From positions 1,570-65,569 of the forward strand of contig JAEEPQ010000001.1 of NCBI GenBank assembly GCA_016284885.1: a DNA stretch of 64,000 nt, in the 5' to 3' direction. This document shows positions 51,055-59,062 of this stretch, piece by piece. The translations under genes were made by a program, and so were the position numbers. Below the pieces are notes generated by a model that had not been told where the DNA came from, did no database searches, and saw only the letters and a list, made by a program, of their open reading frames with translations. How positions within the stretch are numbered: position 1 is the stretch's first letter; each line of letters starts with the position of its first letter. The stretch is from Desulfovibrio sp. (lineage in GTDB: Bacteria; Desulfobacterota; Desulfovibrionia; Desulfovibrionales; Desulfovibrionaceae).

Positions 51055-51630
51055 ATGGATATTCTGACAATCTTTGTCTCGGCCATCTTCGTCAACAACA
51101 TTCTGCTCTCCCAGTTCCTCGGCAACTGCCCCTACCTTGGCTGCTCCAGGGAGAAGGGCGTTGCCGTCGGCATGGGCGCGGCCGTCATTTTCGTCACCGT
51201 CGTGGCCACCCTCTTCACCTGGCTCATGCAGCACTACGTGCTCGACCCGCTCAAGCTCGGCTACCTGCAGACCATCGTCTTCATCGTGGTCATCGCGGCC
51301 CTCGTGCAGTTCGTTGAAATGTTCCTGAAGAAGATGGTGCCTCCGCTCTACCGCTCCCTCGGCATCTACCTTCCCCTCATCACGACCAACTGCGCCGTCA
51401 TGGGCGTTGCCCTGCTCATGCAGCGCAAGGGCTACGACCTGGTCACCTCGCTCTTGTACGCGGCCGGCTACAGCTCCGGCTTCCTTCTGGCGCTCCTGCT
51501 CATGGCGGGCATACGCGAGCGCCTGGACACCTGCCGCCTGCCGAAGACCATGGCCGGAACGCCCATCGCGCTGGTGATGGCCGGCCTCATGTCCCTCGCC
51601 TTCATGGCCTTCAAGGGCATGGCCCAGTAA
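51055..51630 (+). CDS. rnfA: Rnf complex subunit A
   Basis: NqrE/RnfA-like (LLSQFLGNCPYLG, ITTNCAVMGVAL). Confidence 0.9.
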   Translation: MDILTIFVSAIFVNNILLSQFLGNCPYLGCSREKGVAVGMGAAVIFVTVVATLFTWLMQHYVLDPLKLGYLQTIVFIVVIAALVQFVEMFLKKMVPPLYRSLGIYLPLITTNCAVMGVALLMQRKGYDLVTSLLYAAGYSSGFLLALLLMAGIRERLDTCRLPKTMAGTPIALVMAGLMSLAFMAFKGMAQ

Positions 51631-51646
51631 CGGGAGGAATCAAGTT

Positions 51647-52576
51647 ATGGTTACCTATTCCATCCTTGCCATGCTTGGCCTCGGCATGGCCGCCGCCGTG
51701 CTGCTGGCCGCGGCCTCCAAAGTCTTTGCGGTCAAGGAGAACCCCAAGATCGTGGCAGCCATGGAGCTGCTTCCCGGCGCCAACTGCGGCGGCTGCGGCT
51801 TCGCCGGCTGCGAAGGCTACGCCACCGCCGTCGTCACCAACCCCGACGTGCCGGCCAACCGCTGCTGTGCGTCGTCGTCCGAAGCCATCGTCGCCCTGGC
51901 CGAACTCGTGGGCAAGACCGTTGCCGAAGCCGACCCGCTGGTCGCCATGCGACGCTGCGACGTGTACGCCGGCAACGTGGCCCAGCGCTACGAGTACCAG
52001 GGCATTCCGTCCTGCGCCGCCGCCTCCCTGCTGCGCGGCGGCACCAACACCTGCAGCCACTCCTGCCTCGGCTACGGCGACTGCGTGCGCGCCTGCCCCT
52101 TCGATGCCATGCACATCGTCGGCGGTCTCGCCTGCGTGGACATCGGTTCCTGCACCGGTTGCGGCACCTGCGTTTCCGCCTGTCCCCGCGGCGTGCTCGA
52201 GCTCATTCCAGCCCGCGCCCGCATCTGCGTCCCCTGCAATTCCAGGGACAAGGCCAAGGTCGTCACGGAAACCTGCGGCACCGGCTGCATCAAGTGCGGC
52301 AGGTGCGTGCGCACCTGCCCAGCCAAGGCCCTCAGCGTCGTGGACGGACGCATCGAGATAGACCACAAGCTCTGCCTCTCCTACGGTCGCGACTGCAGGG
52401 AGGCCTGCGTGGACGCCTGCAAGCGCCTCATCCTGCGTCGCATCGACCTGCTGAACCAGCGCGTGGAGCCGGTTCCCGCAGCCAAGCCTGAACAGGAAAA
52501 GCCCGAGGCGCCGGAAGCCCCCGCAGCCGTCATCCAGCAGGCCCAGGAAGCCAACAAGGAGCAGCCCCATGCCTAA
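51647..52576 (+). CDS. rnfB: Rnf complex subunit B (polyferredoxin)
   Basis: N-terminal anchor, CGGCGFAGC cluster and several CxxCxxCxxxCP motifs. Confidence 0.9.
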   Translation: MVTYSILAMLGLGMAAAVLLAAASKVFAVKENPKIVAAMELLPGANCGGCGFAGCEGYATAVVTNPDVPANRCCASSSEAIVALAELVGKTVAEADPLVAMRRCDVYAGNVAQRYEYQGIPSCAAASLLRGGTNTCSHSCLGYGDCVRACPFDAMHIVGGLACVDIGSCTGCGTCVSACPRGVLELIPARARICVPCNSRDKAKVVTETCGTGCIKCGRCVRTCPAKALSVVDGRIEIDHKLCLSYGRDCREACVDACKRLILRRIDLLNQRVEPVPAAKPEQEKPEAPEAPAAVIQQAQEANKEQPHA

Positions 52577-53564
52577 GCGCGCGACCAGACTGAACAGAAG
52601 AAGCTTCCTTGCGGGCATGGGCGCCCTTGCCGGCGCAGCCGTGGCGCCTGTCGCCGTCTTCGCCAAGACCTCTCCTGAGACCTACCAGCAGACCGCCCTC
52701 TTCATGGGGACTATCGTGCGCATCGACGTTGCCGGTGCCCCCGCTTCCCTTGCCGAGGACGGCGTGGCAAAGGCTTTTGCCGAAGGACGCAGGCTCGAGG
52801 CCGTGCTCACCTGCCACGATGCCTCGTCCCCGCTGGGCGTGCTCAACAGCCAGGGTTCCCTTGCCGACGTGCCCCAGGAGCTTGGCGCCGTCATGCGCCA
52901 GGCGGCCGACATCCACAGCCTCTCCCAGGGACGCTTCGATCCCACGGTCCTGCCTCTGCTCTCCCTGCTTCGGACATCGCGGGAGGAAGGCAGGCGCGTG
53001 GACGCCAAGGAGCTTGCGGAACGCCTCGAGCTCGTCGGCTTCGGCCGCGTGCGGCGCTCCGGCGGGCTTGGGATAGAGAGCGGCATGGGCGTGACCCTCG
53101 ACGGCATCGCCAAGGGCTACATCGCCCAGGCCATGGGCCGTGTCCTATCCCAGGCCGGCCTTGCCAGCTACATGGTCAACGCCGGTGGCGACATCGTGGC
53201 TTCCGGCGTCTCCTCCTCAGGCGCCCCCTGGCGCGTGGCCGTGGAGGACCCGCTCCATGCAGGCTCCTATCCCTGCGCCGTCTCCCTGACGGACAGGAGC
53301 CTTGCCACCTCCGGCGTCTACGAGCAGGTCCTGCTTGACGGAAGCAAAAGCCACCTCGTCATCCCTGCCTCGCAGGCCATGGCCGACTGCGTCAGCGCCA
53401 GCGTTGTCGCGCCCGACTGCGTCCTTGCCGATGCGCTCGCCACGGCCTTTGCCGTCATGGAACCCGCCAAGGCCGTTCAGCTTGCCGACGCCATTCCTGG
53501 CGTCGGATGCTTCCTGCTTTTGAGGAGCGGTGCCTCCCTCGCCTCCAGAGGCTGGAGCGCGTAG
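52569..53564 (+). CDS. apbE: FAD:protein FMN transferase ApbE (Tat-exported)
   Basis: Twin-arginine signal NRRSFLAGMGALAGA. MGTIVRI, TLDGIAKGY, NAGGDI, TSGVYE motifs. 8-nt overlap with rnfB. Confidence 0.9.
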   Translation: MPKRATRLNRRSFLAGMGALAGAAVAPVAVFAKTSPETYQQTALFMGTIVRIDVAGAPASLAEDGVAKAFAEGRRLEAVLTCHDASSPLGVLNSQGSLADVPQELGAVMRQAADIHSLSQGRFDPTVLPLLSLLRTSREEGRRVDAKELAERLELVGFGRVRRSGGLGIESGMGVTLDGIAKGYIAQAMGRVLSQAGLASYMVNAGGDIVASGVSSSGAPWRVAVEDPLHAGSYPCAVSLTDRSLATSGVYEQVLLDGSKSHLVIPASQAMADCVSASVVAPDCVLADALATAFAVMEPAKAVQLADAIPGVGCFLLLRSGASLASRGWSA

Positions 53565-53591
53565 GACTGCCGGTTCCTGCCAGGAAAAGCC

Positions 53592-53632
53592 AAGGCTCCA
53601 GCGGGGAAGTCTCCCCTCGCTGGAGCCTTTTG
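53592..53632 (+). terminator. Rho-independent terminator of the rnf-apbE operon
   Basis: AAGGCTCCAGCG-GGGAAGTCTCCCCT-CGCTGGAGCCTT followed by TTGG. Long perfect outer stem with an inner GGGGA/TCCCC pairing. Confidence 0.65.
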
Positions 53633-53771
53633 GTGTGCATGGCATCATATGTTTAATCTCAAGGGTTAAAGTCCCAAGAGCGGTTGGTGGCGACAAGCTC
53701 ATAGCCGAAGGCAAGATCTGCACCGTAAGGGTACCGAAAGGTTTTGGCAGGTTGATAGAAGCCCGGAGGCA

Positions 53772-53880
53772 AAATTCAGGTCCGGCGGTCAAGCTGTCTT
53801 TGACGTCGACGGTGAAGCAGAAAAAGCCGGGGCAGCATGCCTGGACGGTGGCGGATGCGTTGCCGGCGAAGCCAATCTGG
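53772..53880 (-). pseudogene. Decayed 5' fragment of the 144-aa secreted-protein family
   Basis: Minus-strand translation AGNASATVQACCPGFFCFTVDVKDSLTAGPEF aligns with AGSASAAVQEFGPDFARFTVDVKDWTPTATPNG of the intact copies. There is no intact ORF or start. Confidence 0.4.
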
Positions 53881-54030
53881 TTGCTCTGCGTTGGGGGCTA
53901 CTGAATGGCTTGCTAGTGGCCATCGCAAAAAGACAGGCGCCGAAAACCTGTGGCGGTTCATCGGCGCCTGTCGCTTCGAGTCTATGCTAGGCCGGACAGC
54001 TCAAGAGACTTGCCGGCATGCGACGAGGAA

Positions 54031-54465
54031 CTACTTCTTTTCGTCGAGGGTTTCGATGAAGGAGGCACCCTTCTGGATGTCGCCGTTGATGGAGATGCAG
54101 TAGAAATTGTCGCCTTCGACGGAAACGGAAATCAGAATGTCCTTGCCCTGGATGGTGCCCTTCATTGTGCAACTTTTGGCGTCCTTGGAAACTTCCTGGG
54201 CATTGCTGACGCCGGCCTGCTGAACAACGGCCTTGGCGATGGTTTCAGCGTTATTGCCACCGTGCTTGTCGACGGCGACAACGACATTGCAGGAACTGTC
54301 GGGGCTGAGGAAGGAGGCGCCGTTCGGAGTGGCGGTGGGGGTCCAGTCCTTGACGTCAACAGTGAAGCGGGCGAAGTCGGGGCCGAATTCCTGGACGGCG
54401 GCGGAAGCGCTGCCGGCGAAGGCGAGGCAGGCGGCGCAGAGAAGGGAGGCAAGAATCTTTTTCAT
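54031..54465 (-). CDS. Secreted 144-aa protein, paralog 1 (unknown family)
   Basis: Sec signal MKKILASLLCAACLAFAGSASA, RBS AAAGGA, mature part AVQEFGPDFARFTVDVKDW... Confidence 0.75.
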   Translation of the reverse strand: MKKILASLLCAACLAFAGSASAAVQEFGPDFARFTVDVKDWTPTATPNGASFLSPDSSCNVVVAVDKHGGNNAETIAKAVVQQAGVSNAQEVSKDAKSCTMKGTIQGKDILISVSVEGDNFYCISINGDIQKGASFIETLDEKK

Positions 54466-54600
54466 ATCGTATTCCTTTCTGATGTCGGCAGAGCCGAAGA
54501 GGGGTGGGGTGTCGCCTCATCGAGGCGGAAGAGGCGGCGCTTCGAGTCCGTGCGAGGCTGCGTCGCTTGAGGAGCAGTCTGGCAGACGATGCGCTGATAG

Positions 54601-55035
54601 CTACTTCTTTTCGTCCAAGGTGTCGATGAAGTCGGCGCCCTTCTGCAAGTCGCCGGTGATGGAAACGCAGACGAACTTCTCGCCTTCGACGGAGACGGTG
54701 ATCATGGTCTCCTTGCCCTGGATGGTGCCCTTCGTCGTGTAGGTGTCGGCATCCTTGGCGACTTCCTGAGCGTCGCTCATGCCGGCCTGCTGGGCAATGG
54801 CTTTGGCGATGGCTTCAGCATTCTGTCCGCCGTTCTTGTCAACGGCAATAACGACGTTGCATGATTTATCAGCACTGAGGAAGGAGGCACCGTTCGGCGT
54901 GGCAGTGGGGGTCCAGTCCTTCACGTCGATGACAAAGCGGGCGAAGTCGGGACCAAATTCCTGGACGGCGGCGCAGGCATTGCCGGCAAAGCCGAGGCAG
55001 GCGGCGAAAAGGAGGGAGGCAAGAATCTTTTTCAT
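54601..55035 (-). CDS. Secreted 144-aa protein, paralog 2 (unknown family)
   Basis: Same length as paralog 1. Gap-free alignment with 33 mismatches in 144 positions (hand count). Start trimmed to MKKILASLLFAACL. Confidence 0.75.
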   Translation of the reverse strand: MKKILASLLFAACLGFAGNACAAVQEFGPDFARFVIDVKDWTPTATPNGASFLSADKSCNVVIAVDKNGGQNAEAIAKAIAQQAGMSDAQEVAKDADTYTTKGTIQGKETMITVSVEGEKFVCVSITGDLQKGADFIDTLDEKK

Positions 55036-55227
55036 GGCGAGGTTCCTTTGCCCGTAGGCAGTGAAAAGTTGGTGCTGTTCTAGAAAATCGTGGCAGGCAT
55101 TCTGCCAGTCTTGTCGTTGCTTCGTCAATGACGGAACTGGCTGCGGTCATGGCGAGGGAGATGCCAGCTGCGCAAGGCAAGCCGGCCAGTATCGTGCACG
55201 GGCTGGCTTGGCTGCAGAGAAAGGAGA

Positions 55228-55566
55228 CTATTCGAGGCTGGCGGTGCCGTCACCCTTGAGGGTGATCTTGGAAACGCCAGTGAGGTCGAGGTTCTGCCAG
55301 TTCACCTGGGTGCCCTCGTTGTCAACGGCAATGAGTTCCCAGCCCTTGTCGCCACCTTGGATGTCGATGGTGAGGGTCTCGCCATTCTCGAGGACTTCCT
55401 GGCCGAGGAGGTCCTGGGCGGGGCCGCTGGCATTGGAGTCGGCGAGGCCAAGTTGCTTGATGGTGAAGCCGCAGCCGTTGACAACGGCGATTTGCCTGGC
55501 GCTGGCGGAAACGATGCCGAAGCAGAGAACGAGGAGGGCGGCAAGCAGAAGAGTGCGAAGTTTCAT
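55228..55566 (-). CDS. Secreted 112-aa hypothetical protein
   Basis: Signal MKLRTLLLAALLVLCFGIVSASA, RBS GGGAGA, beta-strand-like mature sequence. No family recognised. Confidence 0.65.
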   Translation of the reverse strand: MKLRTLLLAALLVLCFGIVSASARQIAVVNGCGFTIKQLGLADSNASGPAQDLLGQEVLENGETLTIDIQGGDKGWELIAVDNEGTQVNWQNLDLTGVSKITLKGDGTASLE

Positions 55567-55669
55567 TTGAGTCTCCCTGAAGTGGCCACATAAAGGCGGC
55601 GCTGAGTCTGCAGGAGCAGAGTGCCCAGCGCCGCATGCGTTCAATGAAAATGGCTATGAATGAGCAGAT

Positions 55670-55966
55670 CTATTCCGAAGGCAGGGCGTTCATGGCGTCC
55701 ATGATGGTCTTGTCGGGATTCTTGCCGCAGAATTCGCCCAGATGCTGGCCGAGCTTCTGCTGCCACTCTTGGCTAAAGACGGTGTTATCGGAGGCGGCGC
55801 TGAGGTAGCCGTCTATCCACATGATCAGCATAGGCATGCCGTCCTTGTCAGACAGAAGTTCCTTGCAGGTAGTTTTTGCCACGTCTTTCGTTTCGGCCTG
55901 GGCGGCCAGAGGAGCAGAAAGCAGGAACGCGGCGGCAATGGCACCAAAGATGAATTTTTTCATCAT
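55670..55966 (-). CDS. Periplasmic HdeA/HdeB-like small protein
   Basis: Signal MMKKFIFGAIAAAFLLSAPLAAQA. Mature part has TTCKELL...IMWIDGYLS...EFCGKNP. Two Cys and the W-x-x-G-[YF] pattern resemble the HdeA family. Confidence 0.5.
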   Translation of the reverse strand: MMKKFIFGAIAAAFLLSAPLAAQAETKDVAKTTCKELLSDKDGMPMLIMWIDGYLSAASDNTVFSQEWQQKLGQHLGEFCGKNPDKTIMDAMNALPSE

Positions 55967-56005
55967 TGTATTCTCCACAAAGCAAAAGAATGCGAATCAT
56001 GTAGG

Positions 56006-56293
56006 TTAATTGGAAAGAGACTGAATGGCAGCAGCGCTGGGATTCTTGGCGCAGAATTCGGCAACATGCTGAGACAGTTTCTTAATCCATTCTTCATCAA
56101 CCTGAGTGTCGTTCTTTTTCTGGCTCAGATAGCCGTCAAACCAGAAGATCATCAGTATTTTTTCCTGATCGCCCATTTTCATGAGCTCTTCGCATTTGAT
56201 CTTGCCCATGTCGAGATCCTCAGCCTGAGAGGCAGCGGGAAGGGCCATGGACATGAGACCGGCGCACAGAAGGGCAAAAAACAGTTTTTTCAT
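56006..56293 (-). CDS. Periplasmic HdeA/HdeB-like small protein (second paralog)
   Basis: Signal MKKLFFALLCAGLMSMALPAASQA. IKCEELM...IFWFDGYLS...EFCAKNP has the same pattern as 55670-55966. Confidence 0.5.
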   Translation of the reverse strand: MKKLFFALLCAGLMSMALPAASQAEDLDMGKIKCEELMKMGDQEKILMIFWFDGYLSQKKNDTQVDEEWIKKLSQHVAEFCAKNPSAAAIQSLSN

Positions 56294-56474
56294 TTCGGAC
56301 ACCTTTGTTGAAAGGGGTTGCAGTGTTGGCGGGAAGCGCCAGAGCTGGCGGCAGGGTCGCCGTTGCTTGGAACAAATATTGAGATTTTTTCCGGACAAAT
56401 CAAGCACCCAGAAGGGTGAAAGTTGCTATGGAGGCAAAAAGGGTGGCCGCGCCTTCGGCGCAGCCTGCGTGCGG

Positions 56475-56741
56475 CTACGTTTTCTCGTTCATGCTTTGAA
56501 GAATGGTCTTGGACCTTTCCTTGTCGTCGCCGATGGTGAAGCGGTGGAAGTCGGGGCCGAACTCCTGCACGGCGGCGGAGGCGATGGAGGCAAAGCAGAG
56601 GCAGGCGGCAAAGAGCAGGAACGCTGCAAGCTTGTTGAAGACTTGTTCCTCCTGGCTGGGGCGTTTTGATGCGGACGCCGTCGAGGCGGCTCGGTACGTG
56701 GTCTGGGGGGCGAATCGCGCAACGGTGCTTTGCACGTCCAC
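56475..56741 (-). pseudogene. Internally deleted copy of the 144-aa secreted-protein family
   Basis: Keeps the signal-peptide and N-terminal segment (FNKLAAFLLFAACLCFASIASAAVQEFGPDFHRFTIGDDKE) joined to a C-terminus-like tail (ILQSMNEKT against FIETLDEKK). The family ATG is lost (MKK -> FNK) and ~110 codons are missing. Confidence 0.45.
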
Positions 56742-57013
56742 CGTTTAGCCTGCAGTGGAACATGCCATGGAAGGGGTAGCCGTGCTTCCTCCTAGCTGAT
56801 GAATTTGTCCTTTTTTATCGGCCAAGGCATCCCCTAAAAGGGTGATCTCCCTGATTCTGGCTTGGCAGTGCTTGCCTTGCGTCCCTCCCGCCTCCTGCGG
56901 CTGCCCTGATGCTAGGGTCGAAAGCTGGGGCTTTCGCGCAACGGGGGCGCCGGGAAGCCATTTCTATTTGCGCGATTTGCCTGTAGACTTGGAACAGTTG
57001 GCATGGAGGGAGT

Positions 57014-58456
57014 ATGGCTGATTCCGGCAACGAGAATTCGGGAGCGCTGCCAGCGCTGGGTGCCGTGGCATGTCTGTTTGCCGCCGCCTACCTCTGCTTC
57101 ATCGAGGGCAGAGGCGTGGACGAACTCCCCTTCTCCCTGCCTGTCGCGCTGGCCCTGATGATAGCCGGCCTTCTTGCCGGGGGATGGCTGCTCGGCGTCC
57201 GGGCGGTCGATGTCGTCGGAGCGCCGGCCCTGCTCGCGCCGAGCCTGGCTTCCGCCCTGCTGTGGGCAGGTGCTGGATGGCTCGGCCTTGAGCAGCTGGT
57301 CTATGGTGCCTGCTTTGCCGGCACCATTGCCCTTCCGCCTGCCATGGGCCTGCTCTACCGGCACAGTCGCGCTGCCGGGCTGCATTTTGGCATGGCCGTG
57401 GCCATGGCTAGCTTCTTCTGGCTCTTCCTGTACTTCCTGCCCCAAAGCCCCTCCGGCGACGTCGTCATGTACGCCCTCGCAGGCCTCGAGGCCTCAGGCG
57501 GTCTCTTCGCCGTTTGGGCGCTCACGGGGCGCAGGCCCCCGGAGGAGGACGGGGCCGAGCCCGAGCATGCCGTGCGCCAGCGCATGGAGTCCCTGCGCTA
57601 CCTGACAGCGGTTGCTGCCGTCTACTTTCTCCTCAGCGCCTTCATCGACATCGCCTTCTACCGCATCCATACGGCAGCCTTTCCCGTGCCGGCGCACGTG
57701 CATCTCTACACCTGGGCCGCCTATCCGCTGGCAGGCCTGTTCATCGACAGGCGCGGCTGCGACGTGCGCCTGCTCCTCTTCGGCATTGCCGTCGTCTTTC
57801 TGGCACCCTTTCTGGTCGTTTTCAGCGACGATACGGTCTTTTTCTGGGCGCTGTACACGCTCAACATCGTGTGCCGGGGCATCGTCCTGCTCTATCTGCT
57901 CCTCGTCTTCGGCCGCGTAGGCCGTCGCTTCGACCGTCTGGGCCTTGCCATGGCGGTTCCCCTTGCCGTGGCCTTCGCTGCCTGGCTCGGCATGCTGCTC
58001 CTCATCGAGCGCGTTCCCGGCGTCATGGCCGTGATGCTCATCTGCCTCGTGCTCTCGGCGTCCTTCAGCTACGTCAGCGCGAAGGTCCAGTACGCACTGA
58101 CGCTTTCCGGCATCGGGGCCGAAGGGGCGGAGCCCGAGCCGGCCGAAGGGGGCGGTGCGGGAGGACCGGAACACCGGGACATGAAGGAGGAAAACGGGAC
58201 GGCCTCGAAGGCGCTTGCCCTGTTCTCGTCGAAGTACGGGCTCTCGGCAAGGGAGCAGGCCGTGCTTCTGCTGCTCACCGAAGGCGCCGACACGGCTTCT
58301 GTCTGCGAGCGCCTCTACATCTCGGAGAACACCCTCAAGACCCACGTGCGGCAGATCCTGCGCAAGACCGAGGCGCGCAACAGGGTCTCGCTCGTGGCCC
58401 TCTACTTCAGCGATCTGAGGAAGCTCTACGAGCAGGGCGGGGCTGGAAGATCCTGA
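57014..58456 (+). CDS. Polytopic membrane protein with a C-terminal LuxR-type HTH
   Basis: About 10 hydrophobic helices over 370 aa, then an acidic linker and LSAREQAVLLLLTEGADTASVCERLYISENTLKTHVRQILRKTEARNRVSLV (GerE/LuxR HTH). No receiver or autoinducer domain. Confidence 0.8.
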   Translation: MADSGNENSGALPALGAVACLFAAAYLCFIEGRGVDELPFSLPVALALMIAGLLAGGWLLGVRAVDVVGAPALLAPSLASALLWAGAGWLGLEQLVYGACFAGTIALPPAMGLLYRHSRAAGLHFGMAVAMASFFWLFLYFLPQSPSGDVVMYALAGLEASGGLFAVWALTGRRPPEEDGAEPEHAVRQRMESLRYLTAVAAVYFLLSAFIDIAFYRIHTAAFPVPAHVHLYTWAAYPLAGLFIDRRGCDVRLLLFGIAVVFLAPFLVVFSDDTVFFWALYTLNIVCRGIVLLYLLLVFGRVGRRFDRLGLAMAVPLAVAFAAWLGMLLLIERVPGVMAVMLICLVLSASFSYVSAKVQYALTLSGIGAEGAEPEPAEGGGAGGPEHRDMKEENGTASKALALFSSKYGLSAREQAVLLLLTEGADTASVCERLYISENTLKTHVRQILRKTEARNRVSLVALYFSDLRKLYEQGGAGRS

Positions 58457-58853
58457 AGATGGGCCCGTCGGCGTAGGCAACGTCCCCGATGTCGGGACGC
58501 AGTCGCTTGAGTAGCTTGCAGGCCTGGATGGAGCGTATGCCCTGCAGGGACACGACGAGCACGGGGCGCCCGGCGGGAAGCTTCGGGGCCAGCCTGTGGA
58601 GTTCGAAGAGGGGAGCATTGACGGAGCCTCTGAGGTGCCTGTCCTTGAATTCGCGGGGCGTGCGCACGTCGACGACGAGCAGGGAGGGCGTTGTCCTGAT
58701 GCGCTCCCAGGCTTCGGCGACCGACAGCCTTTCGTAGCTTGCCGATGGGCGGGCAGGTCTGCCGAAGAGCCCGTAGGCGGCTCCTTCGGCAAGGCAGCAG
58801 AGGGCGAGGGCGGCCGCAAGCGCTCCAGTGCGCCGTGTCCAGAATGCTGCCAT
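58407..58853 (-). CDS. Exported single-domain rhodanese-like protein lacking the catalytic Cys
   Basis: Signal-like MAAFWTRRTGALAAALALCCLAEGAA. LVVDVRTPREF...HLRGSVN. The active-site loop reads VVSLQGIRS where rhodaneses have C-x-x-G-x-R. The 3' end overlaps the LuxR gene by 50 nt. Confidence 0.6.
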   Translation of the reverse strand: MAAFWTRRTGALAAALALCCLAEGAAYGLFGRPARPSASYERLSVAEAWERIRTTPSLLVVDVRTPREFKDRHLRGSVNAPLFELHRLAPKLPAGRPVLVVSLQGIRSIQACKLLKRLRPDIGDVAYADGPIFRIFQPRPARRASSDR

Positions 58854-59062
58854 GGATCTCCTCCCGTATCGTGGCGTCAGCGCAACTATCCCGCAAGACA
58901 GGCCAAGGGTCAAACGGCAAGCCTGAACGAGCCGGTTTGGGCGGGATTTCACACTTACGGGGGATGAAAAGCGCCCGCTCCATGGGATATGCTTGCCTTG
59001 CAGCATGCTTCCCCTGGCTTGGCCTGTGGCGCGCCAAGGGAAGTCGCCTCAAGGAGGTTTAC

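Noticed and set aside
53633-56800. Genomic island delivered by a mobile element
   Set aside because: No integrase, transposase, tRNA target or flanking direct repeats are visible. Local duplication and decay explains the pattern better.
56864-56880. Sigma-54-like TGGCAGTGCTTGCC upstream of the LuxR gene
   Set aside because: The GG-to-GC spacing is 10 nt, or 15 nt using the next TTGC. The -24/-12 consensus TGGCAC-N5-TTGC requires 12 nt.
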